From Candidatus Methanomethylophilaceae archaeon (GTDB lineage: Archaea > Thermoplasmatota > Thermoplasmata > Methanomassiliicoccales > Methanomethylophilaceae): a DNA stretch of 64,000 nucleotides. The notes below the pieces were generated by a model that did not search any database, was not told the DNA's origin, and was given only the letters and a program-made list of their open reading frames with translations. This document shows, piece by piece, positions 48,220-58,612 of this stretch (position 1 is the stretch's first letter; the number at the start of each line of letters is the position of its first letter). A program made the translations under genes and the position numbers. The stretch is from the NCBI GenBank assembly GCA_050950505.1, contig JBMNHS010000001.1, positions 1,024,001 to 1,088,000 on the forward strand. The letters are read 5' to 3'.

Positions 48220-51090
48220 ATGGAACTTGACCACACTAGCATAGAAGAGAAGTGGCAGGAAGAATGGTCGGAGACGGGAATCAGCATAGCTTCCCGTGAC
48301 GACAGGCCCAAATTTATGATAATTTTCGCCTATCCCGGAGTTACGGGATATCTTCATGTCGGACACCTTCGCGGTTATACGTATACCGACGCAATCGCTC
48401 GATACAAGAGAATGTTGGGATACAACGTCATGTTCCCCGTGGGCACTCATGCCACGGGAAACGGTGCAATCAGTCTCGCGAATCGCATCAAGAGGGAAGA
48501 TCCGGACATAATCGAATACATGAAAAGTAACGGTTGCACCGATGAAATTCTCAAAACTCTGACCGAACCCATGGCCGTCGTGAATTATTTCAATGATATT
48601 TACGTCAATGATTATTGGAAGAGATTCGGATTCCTGGCCGATTGGAGGAGATTCACCTGCACACTCAATCCCGATTACGGCAAGTTCATCGAGTGGCAGT
48701 TCAGAAAACTCATGGATGCCGGTCTTCTGATTCAGAAACCTTATTTCGCTCCCTTCTGTCCGAACTGCGGCCCGGTGGCAATCGATGCTTCCGAAACCGA
48801 TATTTCCAAGGGAGGCAGCGCCGAAGTTCAAGAATACGTTTTGATGAAATTCGAATTCGGAGAGATGAAACTGATTGCCGCCACCCTCAGACCCGAAACG
48901 GTGTACGGTCAGGTCTGTTTCTGGGTCAATCCCGATACCGATTATGTGAAAATAGAATACGGTGAAGAAGTCTGGATTGTTTCAAAACCTGCCGCCGACA
49001 AGCTGAGAATGCAGTATGACGGCATCGAAGATTTCGGAACCGTCAGAGGAAGGGATCTTGTGGGTTGGACCTGCAAAGCCCCCATGGTGGGAAGAATCAT
49101 CCCCATATTGCCCGCAACATTTGTGGATCCGGAAGTGGGAACCGGTATGGTAACCTCGGTACCCTCGGATTCTCCTGACGATTACATCAATCTGAAATAC
49201 ATCAAAGATCACCCCGAAGAATACAAAAAATACGGAATCGAAGAAGAGTTGATAGCTTCGATAGAACCGATTTCCATAATAGATATCGAAGGATACAGCG
49301 AATTCTCTGCCAAAGACGTGATTGAGGAAATGGGAATCACAGGTCCCGACGATCCAAAACTGGAAGAAGCCAAGAAGAAAATCTACAGAGACGGTTTCCA
49401 CTCCGGTGTGATGAACGCATCCAGCGGATCTTATGCAGGAATGCGGGTCGAAGAAGCCAAAGAAAAGATGAGGGACGCCATGTTGGAATCCGGTGAAGCG
49501 GTGCTTCTCCACGATCTGTCCGAAGAGGTCGTCTGCAGATGCGGCGAGAACGTCCGCGTGAAAAGAATCGACGATCAATGGTTCATAGATTACAGCGGCG
49601 AGGAACTCACGAAGAAAACCTCCGATCACTGCAGGGAAATGAGCATTTATCCCCCGGAATACCAAACCAACATTCACGGAACCCTCGACTGGTTCCGGGA
49701 ACGTGCCTGCGTCAGACAGGGCAACTGGTTGGGGACAAGGTTTCCCTTCGATGATAAATGGATCATCGAAGCCATATCGGATTCCACTCTGTATCCGATA
49801 TATTACGTAATATCTCTTTACGCCAACACCGGCAACATAAAACCGGAAGGAATGAACGAATCTTTCTTCGATTACGTCATACTCGGAAAAGGCGATGAAA
49901 ACGAAGTCGCCGAGGAATCGGGCATCACTCCCGCAGTTCTCAACAACATCCGCGAGGATGTGAAATACTGGTATCCGCTGGATGTGAATCTGGGCGGAAA
50001 AGAGCACATGACCGTGCACTTCCCAGCTTTCCTGTTCAATCATATGGCGATACTTCCCGAGAAGATGCAGCCGAAGGGAATCGTTGTCAATTGGTACATC
50101 ACCGGCAAACAGTCGAAGATATCCAAGTCAAAGGGAGGCGCCCAACCCATACCCGGAGCCGTGAAAACCTACGGGGTGGATGCCATGCGTCTGTATTATT
50201 CCCATGTGGCTTCCATGTTCATAGACGTGGAATGGAACGAGGAGATTCTGTTTTCGTACAAACAGAGGGTGGACAGAATCTTTGCTTTCGCCAATGATCT
50301 CATAGAAACCTCCGGCCCCAAGAAAGGCATCGATAAATGGCTGCGCTCCAGATTCCAGACCCATGTGTCCAATATACGGGACATCATGAAACGTTATGAT
50401 CTCAGACAGATGGCCACTTCCGTTTATTACGAAATGTACAATGACCTTAGGTGGTATCTCAGACGGGGCGGTGCCGACAACGAAACTCTGATGGACGTGT
50501 TGAAGATATGGGTTCAGAGCATGATGCCCATAACCCCCCACATGGCCGAAGAGCTTTGGAGTCTGGCGGGCTTCGAAGGAATGGTGTCCGAATCCCTTTA
50601 TCCCGAGCCAAGGGAAAGATACCCCATGGCGGAATACGGCGAGGATCTCATACGTTCCACGATATCCGACGTGTCTCAAATCAGAAAGGTCGCCGAAATC
50701 GAACCGTCAAAAATCTGCATATACACATCGCCTTCCTGGAAGAAGGATGTATACCGCATCGCCGCGGATATTCTTGATTCCGGCGAAGAACTGACGATTC
50801 CCATACTTACCAAGGAAGTCATGTCCGATCCGGAAATCAGGGCCAACGGCAAAGCCGCTTCCGAACTTTCGAAGAAAGTCGCCGTGGAACTTATCCGGGA
50901 GGATCCGTCAAGGATACGCAGGTATGCGGATACGGACGAATTCGGAATCATCAAAGAAGCCGCGGAATTCCTCGGGGAAGAATTGGGTTCCGCCGTATTG
51001 GTGTATGATGCCGACGACAAGGGAAAATACGACCCCAAGAACAGATCTTCCGTGGCGGTTCCCGGAAGGCCCGCGATATATCTTGAATGA
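48220..51090 (+). CDS. leuS: Leucyl-tRNA synthetase (archaeal type)
   Basis: GYLHVGH, ATLRPET, GTGMVTSVPSDSPDD, KISKSKG, PGRPAIYLE. Confidence 0.96.
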   Translation: MELDHTSIEEKWQEEWSETGISIASRDDRPKFMIIFAYPGVTGYLHVGHLRGYTYTDAIARYKRMLGYNVMFPVGTHATGNGAISLANRIKREDPDIIEYMKSNGCTDEILKTLTEPMAVVNYFNDIYVNDYWKRFGFLADWRRFTCTLNPDYGKFIEWQFRKLMDAGLLIQKPYFAPFCPNCGPVAIDASETDISKGGSAEVQEYVLMKFEFGEMKLIAATLRPETVYGQVCFWVNPDTDYVKIEYGEEVWIVSKPAADKLRMQYDGIEDFGTVRGRDLVGWTCKAPMVGRIIPILPATFVDPEVGTGMVTSVPSDSPDDYINLKYIKDHPEEYKKYGIEEELIASIEPISIIDIEGYSEFSAKDVIEEMGITGPDDPKLEEAKKKIYRDGFHSGVMNASSGSYAGMRVEEAKEKMRDAMLESGEAVLLHDLSEEVVCRCGENVRVKRIDDQWFIDYSGEELTKKTSDHCREMSIYPPEYQTNIHGTLDWFRERACVRQGNWLGTRFPFDDKWIIEAISDSTLYPIYYVISLYANTGNIKPEGMNESFFDYVILGKGDENEVAEESGITPAVLNNIREDVKYWYPLDVNLGGKEHMTVHFPAFLFNHMAILPEKMQPKGIVVNWYITGKQSKISKSKGGAQPIPGAVKTYGVDAMRLYYSHVASMFIDVEWNEEILFSYKQRVDRIFAFANDLIETSGPKKGIDKWLRSRFQTHVSNIRDIMKRYDLRQMATSVYYEMYNDLRWYLRRGGADNETLMDVLKIWVQSMMPITPHMAEELWSLAGFEGMVSESLYPEPRERYPMAEYGEDLIRSTISDVSQIRKVAEIEPSKICIYTSPSWKKDVYRIAADILDSGEELTIPILTKEVMSDPEIRANGKAASELSKKVAVELIREDPSRIRRYADTDEFGIIKEAAEFLGEELGSAVLVYDADDKGKYDPKNRSSVAVPGRPAIYLE

Positions 51091-51633
51091 TCATTCCCAT
51101 CTGTTGAAAATATCATTGGGAACGTTTGCGGCGTCCAGAGCCTTGCCCACGACGAAGTCCACCATATCGTCCGTGGTCTTGGGTTTTCCGTAAAATCCGG
51201 GGTTCGCGTCAAGTATGACCGCACCCGCACGGGCGAGTTTCAACTCGTTCTCCAGCATAATTTGGCTTTTCGGAGTTTCCCGAATGACCAAAACCAACTT
51301 TCTGCCTTCTTTGAGACAGACGCTTGCCGCTCTGGATATCAACGTATCCGCAATCCCGTTGGCGATTTTTCCGACGGAAGATTCGCTGCAGGGAGCTACG
51401 AACATGCAGTCGTACCGGTAACTGCCGGAAGAGATGGATGCAAACAAATCGTCGTCTTCGTAAACTTTATCCGCCATGGCGTAAACTTCCTCGACGGAGA
51501 ATCCCGTTTCAATCGGAATTATCTCTTTGGCGGTCTTGGAGACAACCAGAATTTTCTTTCCCGGAAGATTCTGCAACAGACGCACTCCGTAAACACTTCC
51601 GGATGCGCCGGTAATCGCTACGGCAAATTTCAT
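51091..51633 (-). CDS. ubiX: Flavin prenyltransferase UbiX
   Basis: ITGASG, ISSGS, APCS, RETP, PGFY. Confidence 0.93.
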   Translation of the reverse strand: MKFAVAITGASGSVYGVRLLQNLPGKKILVVSKTAKEIIPIETGFSVEEVYAMADKVYEDDDLFASISSGSYRYDCMFVAPCSESSVGKIANGIADTLISRAASVCLKEGRKLVLVIRETPKSQIMLENELKLARAGAVILDANPGFYGKPKTTDDMVDFVVGKALDAANVPNDIFNRWE

Positions 51634-51671
51634 GTGACCTCTATTGAGGATTCAATAATAATAACTGACGG

Positions 51672-52673
51672 TCAGTCCATTGCGGCGTTGATGGCCAGTT
51701 CGGACAGGTCCATGGCATATTCCACGATACGTCTAAGACTTCCCGCAATCGCGCCGGCGGCCATACTGGCGTTCTGATCCAGACTCGCGGACTGTCTTGA
51801 CAATGCTTCGGTTCTCTCGACAAGTTCTTCGCTTGAGTTTATGCAGACGTTGGCTTCAATCATATTACGGTTCAGAAGGTGGGTGATTGAAGAAGAAACC
51901 CTTTCGTTGGCTTCTCTGCCGATGGCGATGATTTCCTTGAGCGTCTCCTCGGTATTGGGTTCCCTGCTCAGGATATCGAGATTCTTTGCAATCTGCAGCG
52001 TGTGATCGCCGATACGTTCCAACGCGCGGCTCGCTATGCTGCTGCGGGTAATGTCTGAAAGGTCGGCACCGATTTTTCGGGCCAGAGAATATTCTTTTTG
52101 AAAAATGTTTACCTGACGGGAAATCAACCAATCGATACGGTCTATCTCCCGGTCTCTTTCGTGGAGACCTTCGAAAATGTTTTTCTTTCCGGCTTCGGCC
52201 CCGTCAAGAACGTCGGATAACATATTTTTGATAAGCACTCTCATTCTTTCAAGGGATTTGGACGGTCTCATTTCGCTTTGGTCGACCAAATCTTTTATGA
52301 GAATTCTGTTTTCGCTTTCATCCATAATCTCCAAACCGATGGCGGTCTGAGTGAATGCGGATGCGACCCCTGCCGCCAAACTGGAAATTTCTCCCGAGGA
52401 TCTGAGTTCTATCGCGTTATGTCCCGCTATGTATGAACCGACCAAAAGCCTGTACAGGAAGGATCTGTCGTGGATTTCATCGACATTGATTGTTTTCACA
52501 GTGCGTTCAGAAGATTTGCCGGTACCCTGAGGGTATATTATGATGCTGCCGTCGGGTTGTGGCTGTAAGCTGACGGAGTCGTTCTTTTTCAATCCTATGG
52601 AGTCGGCCCATTCTTTCGGAAGGGTCACCATATATGACGATCCTCCGGTGATTTGTATCCTTCTTACATCCAC
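51672..52673 (-). CDS. phoU: Phosphate uptake regulator (AbrB-like DNA-binding domain plus PhoU domains)
   Basis: RRIQITGGSSYMVTLPKEW, DREIDR, LERIGDH; divergent from pst operon. Confidence 0.9.
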   Translation of the reverse strand: MDVRRIQITGGSSYMVTLPKEWADSIGLKKNDSVSLQPQPDGSIIIYPQGTGKSSERTVKTINVDEIHDRSFLYRLLVGSYIAGHNAIELRSSGEISSLAAGVASAFTQTAIGLEIMDESENRILIKDLVDQSEMRPSKSLERMRVLIKNMLSDVLDGAEAGKKNIFEGLHERDREIDRIDWLISRQVNIFQKEYSLARKIGADLSDITRSSIASRALERIGDHTLQIAKNLDILSREPNTEETLKEIIAIGREANERVSSSITHLLNRNMIEANVCINSSEELVERTEALSRQSASLDQNASMAAGAIAGSLRRIVEYAMDLSELAINAAMD

Positions 52674-52986
52674 ATTTCTCGGATTATTTAAGAGGATTTA
52701 AGCTTATCTATATTGATATGTATATTTTCATTGAAAATATATAGATTTTAGATATTACTTTGATTGTACAAACTGTTTTTTACTGCTGGTGATTACCTGT
52801 TACAGTAGTTGATGTGCATTTGACGAAGACGAAAACATTCAAAATGCTTAAAAAAACCCTTTTTGATATATTATCTATATTGACTATATAGAATATAAAA
52901 GAGATATATTGCTACGGAGTAGGATATAGAGTAATTCGATGAGGTATATATGCACTCCAAGAATACTCATATCTAAGGTGTAAATC

Positions 52987-53853
52987 TTGGAAAGCAAAAC
53001 TATGGTCTGGGTTGTCTTCGCTTTGGTCATGAGCGTTGGCGCAGGATCTACGGTATGGGGAGAAAACCTCTCGGATGTCGAGAACGTCATTATTTCTGTT
53101 GACGGGGTGGAACCCACCGTTGAAAACATATCTAGCGGATCCTATGCATTGGACAGGGATCTCATTCTTGTAAACAAGGGAGAACTTTCTGCCCCCGCAT
53201 CTGATTTCCTTAACTGGATTCTCAGCGAAGACGGTCAGTCCGTCGTTGCCGACAGCGGTTTCGTACCGATAGAAGCCGAAGAAAGGGTGATATCTGCAAC
53301 TTCCGGCACCGTTAACGTCGCGGGCTCCACCACTGTGCTGCCTTTGATGGTAAAATTGGTGGAAGTGTATGAGAAATCCACCAATATAACCGTAAATGTG
53401 ATGGGCGGTGGTTCCGGTAAAGGAATCAACGACGTAAAATGTGATAACGCGGATCTAGGTATGCTTTCCAGAGATCTTAACTCCGATGACCCTTCTTTGA
53501 ACGTTACTAAAATTGCCGGCGACGGTGTTGTTATTCTTGTTGACAAATCTTCCGGCATAACGAATCTTTCAATTGAACAGATTGCCAGAATTTTCAACGG
53601 CGAAATCACCAACTGGGCCGATGTCGGCGGCAACGATCTGAGAATATCCCCCATAGTCAGGGAAACCATATCGGGCACCCGCAGCACGCTGGACAACGCG
53701 ATATCCGAAGAACTCGGCATATCCCTCAAAAATGTAATCATGAACCTCAACTGCTACCCATCCACAAACTCCACCGGTGCGATGCTTTCCAACATCGGTT
53801 CCAGCATAGGGGCGATAGGTTACATCAACATGTATGCGGCCAACAACCTCTGA
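52987..53853 (+). CDS. pstS: Phosphate-binding protein PstS, apparently circularly permuted
   Basis: AGSTTVLP, GGGSGKG, SRD, GDG, R...SGTR, AIGY; the usual C-terminal segment (DGVEPT...GSY.L.R.L...LSEDGQ...GFVP) comes first. Confidence 0.85.
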   Translation: MESKTMVWVVFALVMSVGAGSTVWGENLSDVENVIISVDGVEPTVENISSGSYALDRDLILVNKGELSAPASDFLNWILSEDGQSVVADSGFVPIEAEERVISATSGTVNVAGSTTVLPLMVKLVEVYEKSTNITVNVMGGGSGKGINDVKCDNADLGMLSRDLNSDDPSLNVTKIAGDGVVILVDKSSGITNLSIEQIARIFNGEITNWADVGGNDLRISPIVRETISGTRSTLDNAISEELGISLKNVIMNLNCYPSTNSTGAMLSNIGSSIGAIGYINMYAANNL

Positions 53854-53874
53854 TTCATTTCACTGAGTTCCAAT

Positions 53875-53900
53875 CCGTTCCGACGGTTGAATCGGAACGG
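53875..53900 (+). other. Intercistronic hairpin between pstS and pstCA
   Basis: CCGTTCCGA/TCGGAACGG 9-bp stem. Confidence 0.55.
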
Positions 53901-53946
53901 TCGCAAATAATTTTTCAATTTCAAACCGTAGGACAGAGGGTACGCT

Positions 53947-56028
53947 ATGGAGTCTGATGAGAGTTTATGCAGATTTGACGATGAGGAATCCCGAAGTCCC
54001 TGTCGTAAAAATCAGGATATAAACAAAAAGAAAAGATTTCGCAGAATCAATCCTGACCTGATGCCGCGATTGGTCCTGACGGCTCTGGCGGTAATTGCAG
54101 CGCTCATAATATTTTTCATAATATTTTACATCATCAAAGAAAGCATCCCGGCCTTCAGGGAAATAGGCGTATGGAACATACTTTTCGGTGATGACTGGTA
54201 TTTCAATTCAAACTATCCTGCGGATCCCGACCCGGGAATGTTCGGTGCCAAACCCCTGATAGCGGGAACCATACTGGTCACCGTCGGTTCGATACTCATT
54301 GCCGTTCCCGCCGGAGTCGGTGCCGCGATATATATCTCGGAAATTGCCGGGGAAAAGATGAGAAATGTTCTGAAACCCGTGATTGAAATTTTTGCCGGAA
54401 TTCCCAGTGTCGTCTACGGATTTTTCGGAATGATCGTTCTCGGGCCTATGTTTGTGAGATTTTTTCCGGAACAGTTCCAATACCCCACGTCCTGGTTCCT
54501 GGGCTCTTTGATTTTGGGAATCATGGCTTTGCCCACGGTCATATCGGTAACCGAAGACGCATTGCGCGCGGTCCCCCGTTCATACCGTCATGCTTCCGTC
54601 GCCATGGGTGCGACGGATTGGGAAACAATCAGAAAAGTCGTCCTTCCTTCCGCATCTTCAGGAATAATCGCCGCATCCATACTGGGCATAGGAAGAGCAA
54701 TGGGTGAGACAATGGCCGTCGTCATGGTAACCGGATCCTCTGCGACGATCCCCGAACCGATTTACAACATATTTTCCAACATCACCACGCTTACCGCGGC
54801 TATAGTCAACCATATGCCTGAAGCGGATCCGGGCGGGATTCAGTATTCTGCGCTGTTCGCTTTGGCATTGATACTGCTGGCTTCGATACTTATAGTGAAT
54901 CTTATCGCCAATGCCGTGGGAAAAGGCGCAAGAAGAAAGATGGGAATCGGAAAACCCTCCGGAAAATTCAAAGGATTGTCAGGATTCAAAGAAAGGGTTC
55001 TCGACACTAAAATCGTGAACGCCGTCAAAACAAGAAAGGACCGAATCACTTCTTTGTTCTGGTTCGCAATGATATTCACCTTTGTCACATTGATGTCCAC
55101 ACTGTTTGTTTCGGACGTTCTGTCGGTTATATTGGGAACCGTCGCGACCATGTCTTTCATCGTTACATATTTGCTGCTGGAACACATGAATTCCGCAGAC
55201 CGGCAATATCTTGCTTACGGCGGCCTGAAATTTCTGATGGTCATGATCTTTGTGATACTGGGAGTAATCATAGGGGACATAATCATCAAAGGGCTGCCTG
55301 CGTTGTCCTTTGAATTTATATTTTCGGCACCTGCCGACAACGGGGAATCCGGAGGCATATGGCCTGCGATAGTGGGTACCGTCCAACTTGTGGGATTGTC
55401 CTCTCTGATAGCTTTCCCGGTCGGAATAGGTGCGGGAATTTATTTGGCGCTGTATTCGAAAGAAGGCCGATTCACGGATGTGGTCAGACAGGCGGTGGAT
55501 GCTTTGAACGGCACGCCGTCCATAGTTTTCGGATTGTTCGGAATGTCCGTTTTCGTATTAATGTTCGGATGGGGGCCGTCACTCATAGCCGGAGCTTTCA
55601 CTTTGGCGCTGATGGTACTGCCTGTGATAATAAAAACCACGGAAGAATCGGTAAGAGCCGTCCCGACGAATCTCATGCTTGCTTCAATGGCAATGGGTTC
55701 CAGCAAATGGCAGGCCATTTACAAAGTGGTTCTTCCCGCCGCGTTGAGCGGAATCATTACGGGACTGGTTCTCAGTCTGGGCCGTACCGCGGGTGAAACC
55801 GCTCCGATTATGTTCACGGCCACGGTAGCATTCAGTTCCGCGACCTCGTTTTCATTGTTTGAACCTGTGATGTCTTTATCCTATCACCTGTATTATCTGG
55901 CGATGGAAGTGCCGCAGGCGATGACCAACACATACGGAACCGCCTTGGTTTTAATGGGAATGGTTCTGTCCATGTTCCTGTTGGCATCACTGGTGAGATA
56001 TCATTTTTCAAAACACAACAGATGGTGA
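53947..56028 (+). CDS. pstCA: Fused phosphate ABC permease PstC-PstA
   Basis: Two permease units: AGIPSVVYG...GRAMGETMAV and NGTPSIVFG...GRTAGETAP. Confidence 0.92.
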   Translation: MESDESLCRFDDEESRSPCRKNQDINKKKRFRRINPDLMPRLVLTALAVIAALIIFFIIFYIIKESIPAFREIGVWNILFGDDWYFNSNYPADPDPGMFGAKPLIAGTILVTVGSILIAVPAGVGAAIYISEIAGEKMRNVLKPVIEIFAGIPSVVYGFFGMIVLGPMFVRFFPEQFQYPTSWFLGSLILGIMALPTVISVTEDALRAVPRSYRHASVAMGATDWETIRKVVLPSASSGIIAASILGIGRAMGETMAVVMVTGSSATIPEPIYNIFSNITTLTAAIVNHMPEADPGGIQYSALFALALILLASILIVNLIANAVGKGARRKMGIGKPSGKFKGLSGFKERVLDTKIVNAVKTRKDRITSLFWFAMIFTFVTLMSTLFVSDVLSVILGTVATMSFIVTYLLLEHMNSADRQYLAYGGLKFLMVMIFVILGVIIGDIIIKGLPALSFEFIFSAPADNGESGGIWPAIVGTVQLVGLSSLIAFPVGIGAGIYLALYSKEGRFTDVVRQAVDALNGTPSIVFGLFGMSVFVLMFGWGPSLIAGAFTLALMVLPVIIKTTEESVRAVPTNLMLASMAMGSSKWQAIYKVVLPAALSGIITGLVLSLGRTAGETAPIMFTATVAFSSATSFSLFEPVMSLSYHLYYLAMEVPQAMTNTYGTALVLMGMVLSMFLLASLVRYHFSKHNRW

Positions 56029-56035
56029 TTATAAA

Positions 56036-56800
56036 ATGGGAAACAAAGATTTGGCGATCAACGTGAAAAATCTGAGCCTTTGGTACGGGGAAAAACAGGC
56101 TCTGTTCAACATCAACATGCCGATTGCCAAGAATAAAATAACTGCGTTGATCGGACCCTCCGGATGCGGAAAGTCCACTCTTTTGAAAACAATGAACCGG
56201 ATGAACGATTTGATCGATGGAACGAGGGTCGAGGGCGCCGTCGAATATCACGGCAAAAACATCTACGATCCGGACGTGGATATTTTGGAAGTCCGATCCA
56301 ACATAGGCATGATATTCCAAAGTCCGAATCCGTTTCCCATGACCATACGGGACAACATCACCTACGGCCCCAAGATACACGGAATAAAGAACCGGACGGA
56401 ATTGGACCATATCGTTGAAGATTCATTGAAAAAGGCCGCGCTGTGGAATGATGTCAAAGAGAGATTGGATTCCTACGCAATGGACATGTCCGGCGGACAG
56501 CAGCAGAGACTCTGCATCGCACGCGCTCTGTCCATCAACCCCGACGTTCTGCTCATGGACGAACCCACATCCGCTCTGGATCCCATCGCCACCAAAAAGA
56601 TAGAAGAACTGGCGGTGGAGCTGGCTGAAGATTATACCGTTGTCATGGTCACTCACAATATGCAACAGGCCATGCGCATCGCCGATTACACCGGATTCAT
56701 GTACATGGGGAAACTGGAAGAATTCGGAGAGACCGATCGGATATTCAATGAGCCCAAGAACAATCTCACAAAGGAATATGTGACCGGTGCCTTCAGCTGA
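56036..56800 (+). CDS. pstB: Phosphate ABC transporter ATPase
   Basis: GPSGCGKST, FQSPNPFP, SGGQQQRLCIARAL, DEPTSALDP. Confidence 0.96.
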   Translation: MGNKDLAINVKNLSLWYGEKQALFNINMPIAKNKITALIGPSGCGKSTLLKTMNRMNDLIDGTRVEGAVEYHGKNIYDPDVDILEVRSNIGMIFQSPNPFPMTIRDNITYGPKIHGIKNRTELDHIVEDSLKKAALWNDVKERLDSYAMDMSGGQQQRLCIARALSINPDVLLMDEPTSALDPIATKKIEELAVELAEDYTVVMVTHNMQQAMRIADYTGFMYMGKLEEFGETDRIFNEPKNNLTKEYVTGAFS

Positions 56801-56832
56801 ATATCTTTGAAGGCAACCGATCGCATTGATTT

Positions 56833-57390
56833 TCAATCGGTGAACACGGCACTCGTCGTATACAGAAGATATGTCACGCCCAATCCGATTACGGTGAATA
56901 TGATACCGTCTATGGACATAGTGAACAACAACACGAGAGATCCGGCGGCACACAGTATCACGGCAACCCTGTGATATCTCTTCATTATGCTTAACACAAG
57001 ACTTCCCAGAATAACAAGGACGGAAATCAGGAAAAGGGTGCCGATGAGCTCCATGGAGCCTACCAAAGCCAGCAAATCGTTGTAATAGTTCTCTCCGAGA
57101 ATCTCTATGTAGGTCGGGTCGTCAGAGGGCAGGGATTCAACGAACTGTTCGAAATACATTCCTGTGATTGCAATGATTATTCCGATAATCATATATCCCG
57201 CCATCAGGAAGTAAATCATTTTGAGCCTGCTTCCGGCCTTTGCAACGGCATATCCTTCCTGATATCTTTCAAAGGTGACGGGGACGTAATCCGAACCCCC
57301 CACCGGAGAGCCGCATTCCTGACAAAAAGTAGAATCCGGGGGCAAAAGAGCTCCGCAACTGGTACAGAACGCTTTGTTGTCTTCAGTCAT
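56833..57390 (-). CDS. Zinc-ribbon membrane protein
   Basis: FCTSCG...FCQECG plus about 4 TM segments. Confidence 0.8.
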   Translation of the reverse strand: MTEDNKAFCTSCGALLPPDSTFCQECGSPVGGSDYVPVTFERYQEGYAVAKAGSRLKMIYFLMAGYMIIGIIIAITGMYFEQFVESLPSDDPTYIEILGENYYNDLLALVGSMELIGTLFLISVLVILGSLVLSIMKRYHRVAVILCAAGSLVLLFTMSIDGIIFTVIGLGVTYLLYTTSAVFTD

Positions 57391-57654
57391 GAACGTAAGA
57401 GGGAGCAATATGATTAATAATTTCCCGAAAGAAGTCCATACAAACAGTTAATATACATCCATGCGATGGTCGGTATCACGGAGTTCATCTGTTCATACGG
57501 GTGCCGTGGCGGATATTACGTCCGCAGTCCGTACGGGGGCCGTCGGTCGAACGTGCGGAATTGAGGTGTTTGCTATTTTTGTAGCAATGCTTTTATATAA
57601 TATTACACTACCAGTGCTATTATCTGAGCGATCGGATACTATAGAGGTACAAGC

Positions 57655-58083
57655 ATGGTAACTGTCTATGACGTCCCTGCCGAAAAACTCATACTGAAAG
57701 CGGCTGAAAAGCTCAAGGGGAATGACAAAATATCCCCTCCCGAGTGGGCCGAGTATGTTAGAACCGGCAGGCATACTGAGAAAGCTCCCGTACAGGAAGA
57801 TTGGTGGTTCACAAGATCCGCATCCATCCTAAGGAAGCTATACATCAAAGGGCCTATGGGAACCTCCCGTCTTGCCGCCGAATACGGCGGATACGCCGAC
57901 AGGGGTTCAAAACCTAACAGGGCCGTGAAAGGAAGCCGCAACATTGTGAGAAAATGCATGATTCAGCTCGAGGCCGCAGGCCTGCTGATATCCGTTGAGA
58001 AAAAGGGGAGGACGATTTCCCCCGCCGGACAATCCCTTCTCGATAATGCGGCAAAAGAGGTCTACGACGAACTGAACGCATGA
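57655..58083 (+). CDS. rps19e: 30S ribosomal protein S19e
   Basis: TVYDVP, PEWA..VRTG, WWFTRSASILRKLY. Confidence 0.97.
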   Translation: MVTVYDVPAEKLILKAAEKLKGNDKISPPEWAEYVRTGRHTEKAPVQEDWWFTRSASILRKLYIKGPMGTSRLAAEYGGYADRGSKPNRAVKGSRNIVRKCMIQLEAAGLLISVEKKGRTISPAGQSLLDNAAKEVYDELNA

Positions 58084-58098
58084 GGAGATGAGCATAAT

Positions 58099-58449
58099 AT
58101 GGATGATCCTGAACTTGAGGCATTGAGACAGAGGAGAATGGCTGAGCTGCAACAGCAGCAGGCCAGCGCACAGCAGCAGCAATTCGCCCAACAGCAGGCG
58201 GAAGAGCAGATGGAACGTGCCGAAGCCCAGAGACAGGCAATTCTCAGACAGATACTCGCCCCGGAAGCCCGCGACAGACTTGCCAATGTAAAACTTGCGG
58301 ATCCCGCTCACGCAGAATCCATCGAGATGCAGTTGATACAGCTCGCACAGTCCGGAAGGTTGCAGAAGGTCATCACAGACGATATGCTCAGAGAACTTCT
58401 CATGAAAGTAGCACCTAAAAGAAGAGAAATCAATATCGAGAGGAGATAA
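58099..58449 (+). CDS. PDCD5-like DNA-binding protein
   Basis: [34 protein letters not shown]; conserved position after rps19e. Confidence 0.92.
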   Translation: MDDPELEALRQRRMAELQQQQASAQQQQFAQQQAEEQMERAEAQRQAILRQILAPEARDRLANVKLADPAHAESIEMQLIQLAQSGRLQKVITDDMLRELLMKVAPKRREINIERR

Positions 58450-58451
58450 GA

Positions 58452-58607
58452 ATGTCAAGCACCAAACCGCCCGCAATGAAAGGCAGGCTCAACAAAAAGG
58501 TCAAACAGAACCGCCGTGTTCCGGCTTGGGTTATGATTAAGACCAACAGGCAATTCCTCCGCCACCCCAAGAGAAGGTCGTGGCGCATGGGTAAACTTAA
58601 GGAGTGA
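58452..58607 (+). CDS. rpl39e: 50S ribosomal protein L39e (below the ORF-track length cutoff)
   Basis: [51 protein letters not shown]. Confidence 0.95.
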   Translation: MSSTKPPAMKGRLNKKVKQNRRVPAWVMIKTNRQFLRHPKRRSWRMGKLKE

Positions 58608-58612
58608 TTCCG

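Noticed and set aside
53947-56028. PstC-PstA fusion as a novelty
   Set aside because: Fused permeases are known in other prokaryotes.
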